NCBI GenBank assembly: GCA_964520465.1
Contig: CAZFNA010000001.1
Coordinates: forward strand, 76,597 to 136,192
Origin: an uncultured Pseudomonadales bacterium
GTDB lineage: Bacteria > Pseudomonadota > Gammaproteobacteria > Pseudomonadales > Litorivicinaceae
Length of the DNA stretch: 59,596 nt
Direction: 5' to 3'
Position numbers and translations under genes: made by a program. Each line of letters starts with the position of its first letter. Position 1 is the stretch's first letter. Of the stretch, positions 8,070-19,502 are shown piece by piece. The notes below the pieces were generated by a model. It made no database searches. It was not told the DNA's origin and worked only from the letters and a program-made list of their open reading frames with translations.

Positions 8070-10878
8070 CGGGCTCCTCTTGAGCACACTCTAACTGCAC
8101 CGGTGTATGCTTAAATTCCGGTATCTTTCCGCTTGGATCCAATGCATCCGAGGTCAGCAAATTGGCTGCCGCTTCGTAAAAAGCAAAAGGCAAAAATACA
8201 CTGCCTTGCGCCACCGAATTATCGACTGTCGCGTAAGCACGAATTTGGCCACGTCTTGACCTGATAGATACTGGCTGACCGGACTCCACTTTAAGAATTA
8301 AGGCATCTTCAGGATGAATTGATACCAGCGGCACGGGGTTGATTTGATGCAAAACCGTGGCTCGACGGGTCATGCTTCCAGTGTGCCAGTGTTCCAGAAC
8401 ACGACCAGTGATCAGGGCAAATGGATAATCCGAATCGACTGCCTCAGTTGGGCCACGATATTGCGTCGGAACCAAATGTAAACGGCCTGTCGATGTTGGA
8501 AACTGATCGACGAACATCACTCCAACACCCACCGAATCAGTTGACTCACAGGGATAAGTCACAGACTGCTCCGATTGCAGCCGATCCCAAGTAATTCCAT
8601 TAAATGATGGGCCCATTGCATCGCGCATCTCAGAAAAAATCTGGCCAACGCCATAATAGGGACCGTTGTAATCCCAAGGTAATCCAAATCGTGAAGCAAG
8701 CTGCTGAATAATCCAAAGATCAGCGCGCGCATCCCCCGGAGGCTCAACCGCTTGACTGCCCAACTGAACCATACGATCAGTATTAGTTACTGTTCCAGTT
8801 TTTTCAGGCCAAGCACTCGCTGGTAATATCACGTCAGCAAGTAACGCTGTCTCCGTCAAAAAAATATCCTGTACGACTAAATGATCTAAACCCGCCAAGG
8901 CTTCTCGAGCATGATCCAAGTCAGGATCGCTCATGGCTGGGTTTTCGCCCATGACATAAAGGCCCGTGATGCGGTCTTCTTCAGAGGGGGCATGCTGAAC
9001 ATGATGCATTATCTCTACAACGGTAAGGCCGGCGCGAGGATTCAATGCAGAACCCCAGTGTGCTTCGAACCATCTACGTACGCTAGAATCTTCTACCCTC
9101 TGATAGCTTGGGTACATCATCGGTATTAGACCTGCATCACTAGCGCCTTGCACATTATTCTGCCCACGCAAAGGATGAAGCCCGGTACCAGAACGACCGA
9201 ACTGACCAGTAATACCTGCTAAAGCGATTAGCGCCCGGACGTTGTCGGTGCCATGTGTATGCTGACTGACTCCCATGCCCCAGAAAATCATGGCTCGGTC
9301 AGCGGACGCATAAGTTTCAGCAGCCTGTACAATAGCGTCGACAGAGATGCCGCAAATCGGGCTCATACGCTCAGGCGAAAAAGCTTGAATATGTTCCACA
9401 AAGCCATTGAATCCATCCACTCGCTCAGCGATGAATTCTGGATCTATCAAACCTGCATTAACAATGACAAACAACATCGCGTTAACTAGGGCAATATCTG
9501 TTCCCGGTTTAATTTGTAAAAATTGGGACGCATGACGGCTAATTTCAGTTGCTCTTGGGTCGGCCACAAGTAATCTTGTACCAAGATTCGCAGCGTTTTT
9601 CATCCACGTCGCCGCCACTGGATGATTCACTGTCGGGTTGCAGCCTATGAGCAGCGCAACGTCTGCATTGACGATATCTTGCACCTGATTGCTGACGGCA
9701 CCAGATCCAATACCTTCAAGTAAAGCTGCAACACTCGACGCGTGACATAACCGGGTGCAGTGATCAACATTATTGGTTTGGAAACCAGTCCTCACCAGCT
9801 TTTGGAAGAGGTATGCCTCTTCATTGCTGCCTTTAGCAGACCCAAACCCCGCCAAAGCTTGGGGGCCGCGCTTATCCCGTATTTTCAGTAGCCCCTCAGC
9901 CGCCATTGCCAATGCCTCATCCCAGCTCGCCTCTCGAAACAGAGTGCGCCAGTCAAACTGTGCAAGATTTTCCTGTCCCAATAGACTTGGGTCTTTAGTA
10001 ACACCCTCTAGCCGAATTAAAGGCTTGCTGAGACGCGTGGCATGTTCGATATAATCAAAGCCATAGCGCCCTTTAACGCACAACCGTTGATGATTAGCTG
10101 GTCCATCACGCCCATCCACAGCGATAATTTTATTGTCATCAACGGAAAATGTGAGCGCGCATCCAACGCCACAATAAGGACAGACCGAATCCACGTGCTT
10201 GACTACGTCGTTAGAAGCTTGCCGCACTGGCATTAAAGCTCCGGTTGGGCAAGCCTGCACGCACTCGCCACAGCCAACACAAGGACTCTCGGCAACTGAC
10301 TCATCAAGCCCAAATATTATTCTCGACGCACCACCACGCCCCGCCACACCAATCACACTATTTACCTGCTCCTCTTGACAGGCACGCACACACCGGTCGC
10401 ACTGAATACAGGCAGATGAATTGAACGTAAAACCTGGGTGCGACGCATCTATCGTAGCGTCAGGAGCATTAAGGATATCGAACCGATTACTAGTACTGAT
10501 ACCGAAGGTTGTAAGCCAACTGGCCAGCTCACTTCCAGGTAAAATATGCTGCGCGTGGTCACGCGTGCAACCGGCATCAACTGCCAATAATTCGAGAACT
10601 AGGTCGCGAGACGTTGATACTCGCTCTGAATTAGTACGGACTACCATGCCATCGACAGCTTCACGCCGGCAACTCGGCGCAAGCACCCTCTCATTCTCAA
10701 TTTCTACCACGCAGGCCCTACAGCTGCCGTCTGGTCTACGGCCCTCGCGGTAGCAAAGCGTCGGGATATCTTTTCCTAATTGGCGAGCCGCTTGTAATAA
10801 CGTTGTTCCCGTTTTTACATTTATAATGACCTCATCAATTGTCAGACTGATCATTGTGTTGTCGAAAGGGCTAGCCAT
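8053..10878 (-). CDS. fdhF: NAD-dependent formate dehydrogenase alpha subunit (Mo/W-bis-PGD, Cys ligand)
   Basis: N-terminal 2Fe-2S (IPTLC, GSCRACVV) and 4Fe-4S motifs (CIQCDRC, CVGCGEC), CPYCGVGC, NNVDHCTRLCHASS active-site motif, PLRGQNNVQGA. Confidence 0.93.
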   Translation of the reverse strand: MASPFDNTMISLTIDEVIINVKTGTTLLQAARQLGKDIPTLCYREGRRPDGSCRACVVEIENERVLAPSCRREAVDGMVVRTNSERVSTSRDLVLELLAVDAGCTRDHAQHILPGSELASWLTTFGISTSNRFDILNAPDATIDASHPGFTFNSSACIQCDRCVRACQEEQVNSVIGVAGRGGASRIIFGLDESVAESPCVGCGECVQACPTGALMPVRQASNDVVKHVDSVCPYCGVGCALTFSVDDNKIIAVDGRDGPANHQRLCVKGRYGFDYIEHATRLSKPLIRLEGVTKDPSLLGQENLAQFDWRTLFREASWDEALAMAAEGLLKIRDKRGPQALAGFGSAKGSNEEAYLFQKLVRTGFQTNNVDHCTRLCHASSVAALLEGIGSGAVSNQVQDIVNADVALLIGCNPTVNHPVAATWMKNAANLGTRLLVADPRATEISRHASQFLQIKPGTDIALVNAMLFVIVNAGLIDPEFIAERVDGFNGFVEHIQAFSPERMSPICGISVDAIVQAAETYASADRAMIFWGMGVSQHTHGTDNVRALIALAGITGQFGRSGTGLHPLRGQNNVQGASDAGLIPMMYPSYQRVEDSSVRRWFEAHWGSALNPRAGLTVVEIMHHVQHAPSEEDRITGLYVMGENPAMSDPDLDHAREALAGLDHLVVQDIFLTETALLADVILPASAWPEKTGTVTNTDRMVQLGSQAVEPPGDARADLWIIQQLASRFGLPWDYNGPYYGVGQIFSEMRDAMGPSFNGITWDRLQSEQSVTYPCESTDSVGVGVMFVDQFPTSTGRLHLVPTQYRGPTEAVDSDYPFALITGRVLEHWHTGSMTRRATVLHQINPVPLVSIHPEDALILKVESGQPVSIRSRRGQIRAYATVDNSVAQGSVFLPFAFYEAAANLLTSDALDPSGKIPEFKHTPVQLECAQEEPVNSGF

Positions 10879-12595
10879 CGACTACCTCAGCTGGAAAATA
10901 CTTCTGAACACAAGAAATTACGTTTGGCGCCGCTTGGCCTAACCCACAAATCGAGGCATCAGTCATCACCTGCTTTAGGTCTCCCAGCGCATCATTATTC
11001 CATGATGGCTCCTGCATCAGCCGGACAGATGCCTGCGTACCTAGTCGGCAAGGCGTGCACTGGCCGCAACTTTCATGCTCGAAGAAATTCATCACGTTCA
11101 AGGCTGCATCACGGGCACGATCAGCTTGACTTAGAATCACCACAGCGGCAGAGCCAATAAAACATCCATAGGGTTGTAGAGTATCAAAATCCAAAGGTAT
11201 CGCATTCAAATTGGCGGGTAGTATTCCTCCCGACGCACCGCCCGGCATGTACCCGTAGAAAATATGCTCATCAGCCATGCCTCCGCAGTACTCATCAATT
11301 AACTCAGAGATTGAAATACCGGCGGGTGCGACCTTCACACCGGGCAACTTCACTCGCCCACTCACGCTAAAACTGCGTAATCCCTTACGCCCATTCCGGC
11401 CGTAAGTTCCGAACCACTCAGCGCCCCTCTCGATTATATCTCGCACCCAATAAAGGGTTTCAAAATTATGGACCAGCGTGGGATGACCGAATAAACCGAC
11501 TTCGGCGACGTAAGGAGGCCGATGTCGCGGTTCGCCACGCTTTCCCTCGATAGACTCAAGCATAGCTGACTCTTCCCCACAAATATAAGCACCCGCACCC
11601 CTTCGAATCTCAAGGAATCCTTGGGCGATAGTTCCTTCGTCAGCAAGCTCAGAGATAGCATCTATTAATATCTGTCGACACCCATGGTATTCGTCTCTGA
11701 TATAAATATAACAGTGCTCAGCCTCTATTGCCTCAGACGCAATCAATAAACCTTCAAGGAATCGGTGGGGATCTCTCTCTAAAAAAGTGCGATCTTTAAA
11801 TGTCCCTGGCTCACCTTCATCCAAATTGACAGCTATAAATCGTGGCCCACCAAAACTTTTCACTACTCCCCATTTTCGGCCGGCCGGAAATCCTGCTCCC
11901 CCCAGACCCCTCAGTGCAGAGGATTCCAGTTCTGCTATCAAAGCATCCACTGTAATCTGCCCACCGCGAACCGAGGCAAGCAGACGATAACCACCATTCA
12001 GGCGATAATTTGCGAGGCCTACCCAACTAGGATTAATTACAGGATTAATAGGCACTAGACCTGCGCAGCGTTCAACGACTTCAGCAGGGCTAAATGATTC
12101 GCGTGTCCGGCTTGAGCTCGGGTGCTTGTATTCCTTGGTGACCATAGCCTCCCAGACTTTCTGTGCTGTTGCCGCAACGATTGGAAATTGTTGAACCACT
12201 GCTACTGGAGCTTGCTCACACCTTCCAACACAAGGTACTATCTCGATCACAAAGTTCGGATGATTTATTTTTAACTCATGAACTGCGGTCAGTAGCTCAT
12301 CTGCTCCCGCCATGCAGCAACTTGTACTATTACAGATCCTAATAGTTACTTGTGTCTCTTTTGGAACTTCATCGACGATATGGAAATGATGATAAAACGA
12401 AGCAACTTCGATCACCTCAACCTCAGCACGCGCCGTAATCTTCGATAGTGCTGCCATGTGAGGCTTTGGAAGACAGCCAAAATGGTCGTTGATGACATGC
12501 AGTTGCTCGATCAATCGGGAAGGAGCATTCAGTTCACTAACAAGCAAGCGTTTTATCTCTGACGTAACATCTCGAGCTTCTTTTTTAAAATTCAT
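10871..12595 (-). CDS. NAD-dependent formate dehydrogenase beta subunit; NuoE-like 2Fe-2S domain fused to NuoF-like FMN/NADH domain
   Basis: VASFYHHF, CxxxxC and CVGRCEQAP (NuoE-like); LRGLGGAGFPAG, NLDEGEPGTFKDR, GAGAYICGEESA, HESCGQCTPCR (NuoF-like). Confidence 0.9.
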   Translation of the reverse strand: MNFKKEARDVTSEIKRLLVSELNAPSRLIEQLHVINDHFGCLPKPHMAALSKITARAEVEVIEVASFYHHFHIVDEVPKETQVTIRICNSTSCCMAGADELLTAVHELKINHPNFVIEIVPCVGRCEQAPVAVVQQFPIVAATAQKVWEAMVTKEYKHPSSSRTRESFSPAEVVERCAGLVPINPVINPSWVGLANYRLNGGYRLLASVRGGQITVDALIAELESSALRGLGGAGFPAGRKWGVVKSFGGPRFIAVNLDEGEPGTFKDRTFLERDPHRFLEGLLIASEAIEAEHCYIYIRDEYHGCRQILIDAISELADEGTIAQGFLEIRRGAGAYICGEESAMLESIEGKRGEPRHRPPYVAEVGLFGHPTLVHNFETLYWVRDIIERGAEWFGTYGRNGRKGLRSFSVSGRVKLPGVKVAPAGISISELIDEYCGGMADEHIFYGYMPGGASGGILPANLNAIPLDFDTLQPYGCFIGSAAVVILSQADRARDAALNVMNFFEHESCGQCTPCRLGTQASVRLMQEPSWNNDALGDLKQVMTDASICGLGQAAPNVISCVQKYFPAEVVDG

Positions 12596-12773
12596 CGATG
12601 GCCTGAAATCCGAAATAATTTAATTTAAATAGTGACCAAAAATATATGTGTCAACATGCCTAGATACGCCATTATGCGCGGCCTCGAACAATACAATCAC
12701 AATGATTTTTGACGCGCCAAGACAAACGATTAACAAAATCATGCATAGTCCCTAACTATACTAAGGATTCTAC

Positions 12774-13673
12774 ATGAACACGACCAGTCCTATCGTAGGC
12801 ACATTATTTGTTATTACTTCAGCTATTTTATTTGGCATTCAGCCAATTTTTGGCACTCAGTTACAAATGGCAGGCGTTGATCCGATTGCACTAAACGCCG
12901 TTCGCTACAGCGTTCCAGCACTACTTCTTATTTTGTTACTTTTTATCCGCCCCATCCGTGGCGTCAGAAAGCGAGACGCGATTTGTCATGGATGGCTCGG
13001 ATTAGGTTTCGCTAGTGCCGGGATTGGACACTATGAGGCCGGGTTCAAGATAGGTTTCAGTCTCGCGGTAATTCTCGTTTTTTTATTCCCCGTAATAGTC
13101 ACGCTGTACAGCATATTTGTATTAAGGCTAAAGACCTCACGACTTCAAGTTATCGCAATGATCACCGCGCTTTTGGGACTCCTATTAGCGCTTAACATCA
13201 AAACTGATATTCAAAATTACACAGGGATCGCGTGGGCATTGCTAGCTGCAGTAAGCACGGCTTCTCTCCTGATCTACAGATCCCATTACGCCCCTGATAT
13301 CGATGACCGAATATCACTCACCGTTTGTATGATTGCAGCCAGCTTAGCTATAGGAATAGTCATACTCTTCAAAGGCGCTCATTTTCCCGCGACGATTAAT
13401 GCATGGTGCTGGAACATACTTTTGGCAATTATTTGTGGACTTCTACCAATTGGATTATTGATGGCAGGCAGTAGAAAAATTGGCGCTCTAGATGCGTCCA
13501 CACTCAGCGTTCTCGAGCCAATTGTCGCAATCGCTGTATCGATTTTGATCTTGGATGACTCGGCTAGTATCAACACACTACTTGGTGGAACTTTGGTCAT
13601 AGTTTCTGCTGTAATTTTAACTCGTTCACGCATCAAGAAAGCAGATTTATCTGGTGTTGTGAAACTGACCTAA
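12774..13673 (+). CDS. EamA/DMT family transporter
   Basis: About 10 hydrophobic segments in two repeats; ASTLSVLEPIVA motif. Confidence 0.85.
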   Translation: MNTTSPIVGTLFVITSAILFGIQPIFGTQLQMAGVDPIALNAVRYSVPALLLILLLFIRPIRGVRKRDAICHGWLGLGFASAGIGHYEAGFKIGFSLAVILVFLFPVIVTLYSIFVLRLKTSRLQVIAMITALLGLLLALNIKTDIQNYTGIAWALLAAVSTASLLIYRSHYAPDIDDRISLTVCMIAASLAIGIVILFKGAHFPATINAWCWNILLAIICGLLPIGLLMAGSRKIGALDASTLSVLEPIVAIAVSILILDDSASINTLLGGTLVIVSAVILTRSRIKKADLSGVVKLT

Positions 13674-13749
13674 TGCTGCTCACTGACTTGCGAACTTTCC
13701 CCATCTAGTCCATTCTTAGATTTCTCTTGCGTGGGGGCAAACCTGCGCT

Positions 13750-13905
13750 CGTCGCCTCGGGAGAGAGCATTTGCCGCCGAAGGAGCAACCGACCCGGAAA
13801 CTCTCAGGCTGAAGGACCGTCGTGACGTATAGAGAATCTGGAAAGCAGTGAATAACTCACCGAAGGAGTAAGGGTTTACCTGAATCTCTCAGGTCAATGA
13901 CAGAT
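13750..13905 (+). ncRNA. Tandem glycine riboswitch (two aptamers)
   Basis: Aptamer 1: GGAGAGA...CGCCGAAGGAGCAA...GGAAACTCTCAGGC...GGACCG. Aptamer 2: TCTGGAAAG...CACCGAAGGAGTAA...AATCTCTCAGG...GACAGA. Directly upstream of gcvT. Confidence 0.93.
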
Positions 13906-13937
13906 GGGTCATGCGAAACAGCCTGCAAGGAGCGAGC

Positions 13938-15047
13938 ATGACAGATCTTAATTTATTACCCCTCGAACAATTCCATAAAGACCAGGGTGCGAAATTCGTC
14001 CCGTTTGCTAATTATAAGATGCCCATACAGTATTCGCTGGGAGTGAAAGGTGAGCATCTACACACCCGGAGCGCCACTGGCCTATTTGATGTCTCTCATA
14101 TGGGACAACTTTTGGTCAATGGCTCTGGCGCCACTGAGGCACTTGAAAAGCTGGTCCCCGCAGCTCTCTCAGAGCTATTGCCCGGACAGATTCGTTACTC
14201 GCAATTCACTCTACAAAACGGCGGAATCCTTGATGACTTAATGCTGACACGCTGGGATACAGATACGTGGGGATTAATTGTCAATGGCGCTTGTAAGCAC
14301 GCTGATTTAGATCATTTAAAAGCATACCTTCCAGCAACTTTAGAAATCAGGCATCTAGAAACGCAAGTCTTAATTGCTGTTCAAGGGCCCAGTGCCCGAG
14401 TAGCTCTTACATGCTTAATCCCGGAGGCACGTGATCTGCTGTTTATGCGGGCAGTCCGAACGAGCTGGCAGGGTTGTGAGATAATACTGTCATGTTGCGG
14501 GTACACAGGCGAAGACGGATATGAAATCTCGATCGAACAAAGAAACGCAGAATTACTTGCAAGCGCGCTAACTAATCTTAGAGAAACGAAATGGGTCGGT
14601 CTTGGTGCTCGTAATTCACTACGCCTAGAGACAGGGCTTTGCCTGTACGGCAATGATCTAACAACTGACACCACACCTATTGAGGCTGATCTCCTGTGGT
14701 CCATCCAGAAACGAAGGCGGATTGAGGGCGGTTTCTTGGGATCCGATGTGATACTCCAACAGATCAGTGAAGGCGCCCCCAGAAAACGTGTCGGCCTCTC
14801 CCCACTAGATTGCAGAACCCCTATGCGCGATCACACATGCTTAAAAGATAAAAACGGCTGCGTAGTTGGGGAAATTACATCCGGAGGGTTTGGTCCGACA
14901 ATGAATGGGCCGGTTGCTATGGGTTTTGTTTTGGATAAGGTCAGTTCTAAGGGAACTGAATTAGTTGCAGAAGTCAGAGGCAAGGCACTAGCTTGTCAAG
15001 TCACTGATCCTGTTTTTGTTCAACAGCGTTACGTACGCTCCCTTTAA
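13938..15047 (+). CDS. gcvT: Glycine cleavage system T protein (aminomethyltransferase)
   Basis: EHLHTR..GLFDVSHMGQ, GYTGEDGYEI, GLGARNSLRLETGLCLYG. ATG 13938 follows AAGGAG (ORF track start 13911). Confidence 0.95.
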   Translation: MTDLNLLPLEQFHKDQGAKFVPFANYKMPIQYSLGVKGEHLHTRSATGLFDVSHMGQLLVNGSGATEALEKLVPAALSELLPGQIRYSQFTLQNGGILDDLMLTRWDTDTWGLIVNGACKHADLDHLKAYLPATLEIRHLETQVLIAVQGPSARVALTCLIPEARDLLFMRAVRTSWQGCEIILSCCGYTGEDGYEISIEQRNAELLASALTNLRETKWVGLGARNSLRLETGLCLYGNDLTTDTTPIEADLLWSIQKRRRIEGGFLGSDVILQQISEGAPRKRVGLSPLDCRTPMRDHTCLKDKNGCVVGEITSGGFGPTMNGPVAMGFVLDKVSSKGTELVAEVRGKALACQVTDPVFVQQRYVRSL

Positions 15048-15073
15048 AGGTACTAGATAAGGATATGTTAATA

Positions 15074-15451
15074 ATGTCTGTTGTTAAATATACGCGAGAA
15101 CACGAATGGGTTCGTATCGAAGGTGATATAGCTACCGTGGGGATTACTTTTTATGCACAGGAACAATTAGGTGACGTTGTATTTGTTGAGTTGCCAGACG
15201 AACACACCTCAGTTGACCAAGGAGCAGAGGTCGCAATCGTAGAGTCAGTCAAAGCGGCAAGTGATATTTACGCTCCTATTACAGGAACCATCGTTGAAAC
15301 AAATGGCGATTTATCCGACCGGCCAGAGTTAATCAATGAAGATCCTGAAAATGATGGCTGGTTTTTTCGGATGCAGTTATCTGACCCATCGGAAATTGAA
15401 GATTTGCTCGACGAAGCCGCATACCACGCATTTATTCAAGACGAGATGTAA
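15074..15451 (+). CDS. gcvH: Glycine cleavage system H protein
   Basis: YTREHEW, GITFYAQEQLGDVVFVELP, VESVKAASD lipoyl-Lys motif (ORF track start 15065). Confidence 0.96.
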   Translation: MSVVKYTREHEWVRIEGDIATVGITFYAQEQLGDVVFVELPDEHTSVDQGAEVAIVESVKAASDIYAPITGTIVETNGDLSDRPELINEDPENDGWFFRMQLSDPSEIEDLLDEAAYHAFIQDEM

Positions 15452-15460
15452 GAGGTTAAC

Positions 15461-18295
15461 TTGGCGCAGCAAGAAAAGAATTTTAGCGACCGACATATCG
15501 GTCTGACTGACGACGAGCGAGTCTTAATGCTGCGGACTTTGGGGCTCAATTCGATGGATGAATTAGTTGAGCAGGTTGTCCCCAAACCAATTCGAAATCA
15601 GGAGCCTATGGCGATTCCAGAGGCGATGTCGGAGACAGAAGCACTTGACGAACTGAAATCGATAGCCTCTAAAAATAAAGTTGTAAGAACTCTGATCGGC
15701 CAAGGTTATTATCACACGAATACCCCAGCAGTAATCCAACGTAATGTACTAGAAAACCCAGCGTGGTATACCGCTTATACACCCTATCAACCAGAGATAT
15801 CGCAAGGTCGGTTAGAGGCTTTGTTTAACTATCAAACAATGATCGTTGAACTTACTGGCATGGCGGTGGCGAACGCATCTTTGCTTGATGAGGCTACGGC
15901 GGCGGCGGAGGCTATGGCCTTATGTCGACGTAGCTCAAAATCTAAATCTAACAAATTTTACGTCGCTGATAACCTGTTTAAGCAGACTCGGGCGGTCATC
16001 GAAACGAGATCAAAGCCACTTGATTTTGAATTAGTGGAGTTTGACCCAAATAACCCACCTGAATTTGGCGATGCGTTTGGGCTGATCATGCAGTATACGG
16101 GAGCAGACGGCAAAATTTGCGACCCCCGTCAAATTCTAGACCAGGTAAAGAATACCGGTATTATTACTGCCATCACTGCAGACATTTTGAGTCTGACCCT
16201 GCTGGAAGCGCCAGGGTATCTCGGAGCTGATATCTGTCTGGGATCAACGCAGCGATTTGGCGTACCAATGGGTAACGGTGGGCCTCATGCAGCTTTTTTT
16301 GCTGTCAGTGATAAGTTGAAAAGAAATATTCCCGGACGACTGGTAGGTCAATCCATAGACTCTAAAGGCCGAGCAGCGTATCGACTAACCCTGCAAACCC
16401 GAGAGCAGCACATCCGTAGGGAAAGGGCGATGAGCAATATCTGTACCGCTCAGGTACTCCTGGCAAACATCGCGGGTCTCTATGCTTGCTATCATGGGCC
16501 CAGTGGTCTTGAGGCTCAGGCAGAACGAATACATAAACTGACGTCGCGATTGTATAGCGGCTTAAAAATATCTGGTTTAGCAGTTAACGATACCTTTTTT
16601 GATACCTTATCCGTGCGTGTAAATGATGCTCAGAAGACTGTAAAAAATGCTCTCGACGCAGGTCTAAATATTCACAAAATCGATGCCTTTACTGTCTCAT
16701 TCTCCCTTGATGAAGCATCAACGGAAGCGGAAGTTGAGAGGCTGGCATCAATTTTTAATATCAGGCTTGGTCGAAGCGAAGTAATGATCCCTAGAGCTCT
16801 TCGGCGTGCGTCAAGGTTTATGACCCAAGATGCTTTTAATTCATACCACTCTGAAACTGAGATGATGCGCTACCTGAGAAAGCTTGCGGATCGAGATCTT
16901 GCACTTGATCGAGCCATGATTCCGCTGGGCTCGTGCACCATGAAGCTCAACGCAGCTTCAGAAATGGCGCCAATTAGCTGGGCAGAATTTGCCAATATTC
17001 ATCCGTTTTCGCCAGCTAACCAACGCATGGGCTACGCTCAAATGATTGAAGACTTGACCATCTGGTTATCGGAGATCACGGGCTACGCTGATGTTTCATT
17101 ACAACCCAACTCTGGAGCTCAAGGCGAGTATGCTGGCCTACTCGCCATCCAGGGGTTTCATCAGTCCCGTGGCGAAAACCATCGGCACATATGCTTAGTG
17201 CCGGCCTCCGCCCACGGAACCAATCCGGCAAGCGCTCAAATGGTTGGTTTGGACGTCGTCGTTATCGGCTGTGATATGGACGGTAACATCGACATCAAGG
17301 ATCTTGAATCGAAAATTGAAACCTACGGTGAGAGCATCTCGTGTTTGATGATCACCTACCCGTCGACGCATGGCGTATTTGAAGTGGAAGTCCAGGCTGC
17401 GTGCGAGCTTGTGCATTCGAAAGGCGGTCAGATCTACCTCGACGGCGCTAATCTGAATGCCCAAGTAGGTTTGACAAGCCCGGGGATCATAGGATCGGAC
17501 GTCTCCCATCTCAACTTGCATAAAACGTTTTGCATCCCCCACGGTGGTGGCGGCCCAGGTGTAGGTCCGATTGGTGTGGCCGAGCATCTCAGGCCGTTCA
17601 TGCCAGGACACCCACAATTAGAAAATAAATCCGCTGTAGGTGCGGTCTCAGCAGCACCCTTTGGCTCGGCCATGATTCTCCCAATCTCCTGGATGTATAT
17701 TCGCATGATGGGCCCCGATGGTCTGACAGCTGCCACCACAAACGCAATACTGTCAGCAAATTATATTGCCCGACGGCTTGCGGCGTATTACCCGACCCTT
17801 TACACGGACGCTAATGGCTTCGTTGCGCACGAATGCATTTTAGATACAAGGGAAGTGAAGGAAAGCGCTGGGATAACAGTCGATGACATAGCGAAACGCC
17901 TTATAGACTTCGGTTTTCATGCCCCCACCATGAGTTGGCCAGTAGCCGGCACATTGATGATCGAACCAACTGAGAGCGAATCTTTGAGTGAACTGGATCG
18001 ATTCTGCGACGCAATGATTGCTATTAGGGGGGAAATTAATGCTATTGAGAATGGTAGTGGCTCGGCAGAAGAATCAATCCTCCGTCACGCGCCATATACG
18101 GTAGAAGCTGTTGCAGTTGATCATTGGAGCCACCAATTCTCTCGTCAGCAAGCAGCCTTCCCGGTCGAATCCTTAAAAGTAGATCGTTACTGGCCACCGG
18201 TTGGTCGCATTGATAATGTCTACGGTGACCGCAACCTTGTATGTAGTTGTCCACCTGTAGCAGACTACGCGGAGACCCCAACGGAAGCAGCATGA
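15461..18295 (+). CDS. gcvP: Glycine dehydrogenase (decarboxylating), P protein
   Basis: [55 protein letters not shown]-Lys motif; TTG start after GAGG. Confidence 0.96.
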   Translation: MAQQEKNFSDRHIGLTDDERVLMLRTLGLNSMDELVEQVVPKPIRNQEPMAIPEAMSETEALDELKSIASKNKVVRTLIGQGYYHTNTPAVIQRNVLENPAWYTAYTPYQPEISQGRLEALFNYQTMIVELTGMAVANASLLDEATAAAEAMALCRRSSKSKSNKFYVADNLFKQTRAVIETRSKPLDFELVEFDPNNPPEFGDAFGLIMQYTGADGKICDPRQILDQVKNTGIITAITADILSLTLLEAPGYLGADICLGSTQRFGVPMGNGGPHAAFFAVSDKLKRNIPGRLVGQSIDSKGRAAYRLTLQTREQHIRRERAMSNICTAQVLLANIAGLYACYHGPSGLEAQAERIHKLTSRLYSGLKISGLAVNDTFFDTLSVRVNDAQKTVKNALDAGLNIHKIDAFTVSFSLDEASTEAEVERLASIFNIRLGRSEVMIPRALRRASRFMTQDAFNSYHSETEMMRYLRKLADRDLALDRAMIPLGSCTMKLNAASEMAPISWAEFANIHPFSPANQRMGYAQMIEDLTIWLSEITGYADVSLQPNSGAQGEYAGLLAIQGFHQSRGENHRHICLVPASAHGTNPASAQMVGLDVVVIGCDMDGNIDIKDLESKIETYGESISCLMITYPSTHGVFEVEVQAACELVHSKGGQIYLDGANLNAQVGLTSPGIIGSDVSHLNLHKTFCIPHGGGGPGVGPIGVAEHLRPFMPGHPQLENKSAVGAVSAAPFGSAMILPISWMYIRMMGPDGLTAATTNAILSANYIARRLAAYYPTLYTDANGFVAHECILDTREVKESAGITVDDIAKRLIDFGFHAPTMSWPVAGTLMIEPTESESLSELDRFCDAMIAIRGEINAIENGSGSAEESILRHAPYTVEAVAVDHWSHQFSRQQAAFPVESLKVDRYWPPVGRIDNVYGDRNLVCSCPPVADYAETPTEAA

Positions 18296-19314
18296 GCAAA
18301 TCTAAAATACAACCCAGAAGCGGCGACAAGGTGATCAACACCGTTGGTATAATATCAATTAAAAATGGTCAAAAGCGCCGAAATGAAGATACAGCCCCGC
18401 GAGGTGATAAGCCGAAGTGGTTGCGCTTTGTAAGTCCAGGTGGTCAAGTCTATCAAGACTTAAAAAAGATAGTTCGAGCGCATCGTTTATCCACAGTGTG
18501 TGAAGAAGCAATGTGTCCAAATATTGGTGAATGCTGGAGTGCTGGAACCGCAACTATTATGTTAATGGGATCGGTGTGTACTAGGGCTTGTCAATTCTGT
18601 GCAGTTGATACCGGAAATCCAAAAGGCTGGCTAGATCTTGAGGAGCCTCAAAATACAGCAGAGTCAGTCGCCCTTATGGGACTCAAATACGTTGTTTTGA
18701 CAAGTGTGAACCGTGATGATTTAGATGATGGCGGTGCTGCTCACTTTGCAGCAACTGTCCGTGCCATTAAACGGAGAAATCCAGGAATTGCGGTAGAGGC
18801 ACTAACGCCAGATTTTCAGGGTGTTACGACTGACATCGAAACTCTTGTCGACTCCGGTCTGGAGGTGTTTGCGCAAAATGTTGAAACAGTGAAGCGTTTG
18901 ACGCACCCAGTTCGAGATCCACGCGCAAGTTATGAGCAAACATTGGGCGTTCTATCTTTCGGGAAAGCGCACCGGCCTAGTCTGTTGACGAAAACAAGTC
19001 TGATGTTAGGCCTTGGAGAAACAGACGACGAAATCAAGCAAGCAATGGATGACATGCGTGAGCATAACGTCGACATTGTTACATTTGGTCAGTATCTGCG
19101 GCCGACGGTAAACCACCTACCCATCGCACGGTACGTCAATCCAGAAGAATTTGATGCTTACAGACAGTGGGGTCTAGAGCGCGGATTCCTAGAAGTTGTC
19201 TCTGGGGCCATGGTTCGATCCAGTTATCGTGCAGAACAGGCGCTACTGAAAAATAATGCTGGTATTTCTAATAGGGATATAATTGAGAATGTCATTTCCA
19301 CTAAGCAAATATGA
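18292..19314 (+). CDS. lipA: Lipoyl synthase
   Basis: [13 protein letters not shown] and CTRACQFC motifs, GQYLRP, VRSSYRA. ATG at 18292 overlaps the gcvP stop (ATGA). Confidence 0.95.
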   Translation: MSKSKIQPRSGDKVINTVGIISIKNGQKRRNEDTAPRGDKPKWLRFVSPGGQVYQDLKKIVRAHRLSTVCEEAMCPNIGECWSAGTATIMLMGSVCTRACQFCAVDTGNPKGWLDLEEPQNTAESVALMGLKYVVLTSVNRDDLDDGGAAHFAATVRAIKRRNPGIAVEALTPDFQGVTTDIETLVDSGLEVFAQNVETVKRLTHPVRDPRASYEQTLGVLSFGKAHRPSLLTKTSLMLGLGETDDEIKQAMDDMREHNVDIVTFGQYLRPTVNHLPIARYVNPEEFDAYRQWGLERGFLEVVSGAMVRSSYRAEQALLKNNAGISNRDIIENVISTKQI

Positions 19315-19502
19315 CTGCGATTGGCTTTCCCCCTGTTCTTTGCGATTTTCGGGTTAATGGGGTATCAAAACCCAATCAATGAGCTCCTATTCAGATACTG
19401 CTATGATCCAGCTGGAAGCTTGCCCCTGCATTTGCTTTAGAGGTAATGATATAGTATTGCCTTCGTACCGTTTAGTTTCTTTGCTATCTGAGACACGTCA
19501 AC

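Noticed and set aside
8053-10878. Selenocysteine recoding in FDH
   Set aside because: Uninterrupted ORF with Cys at the metal-ligand position.
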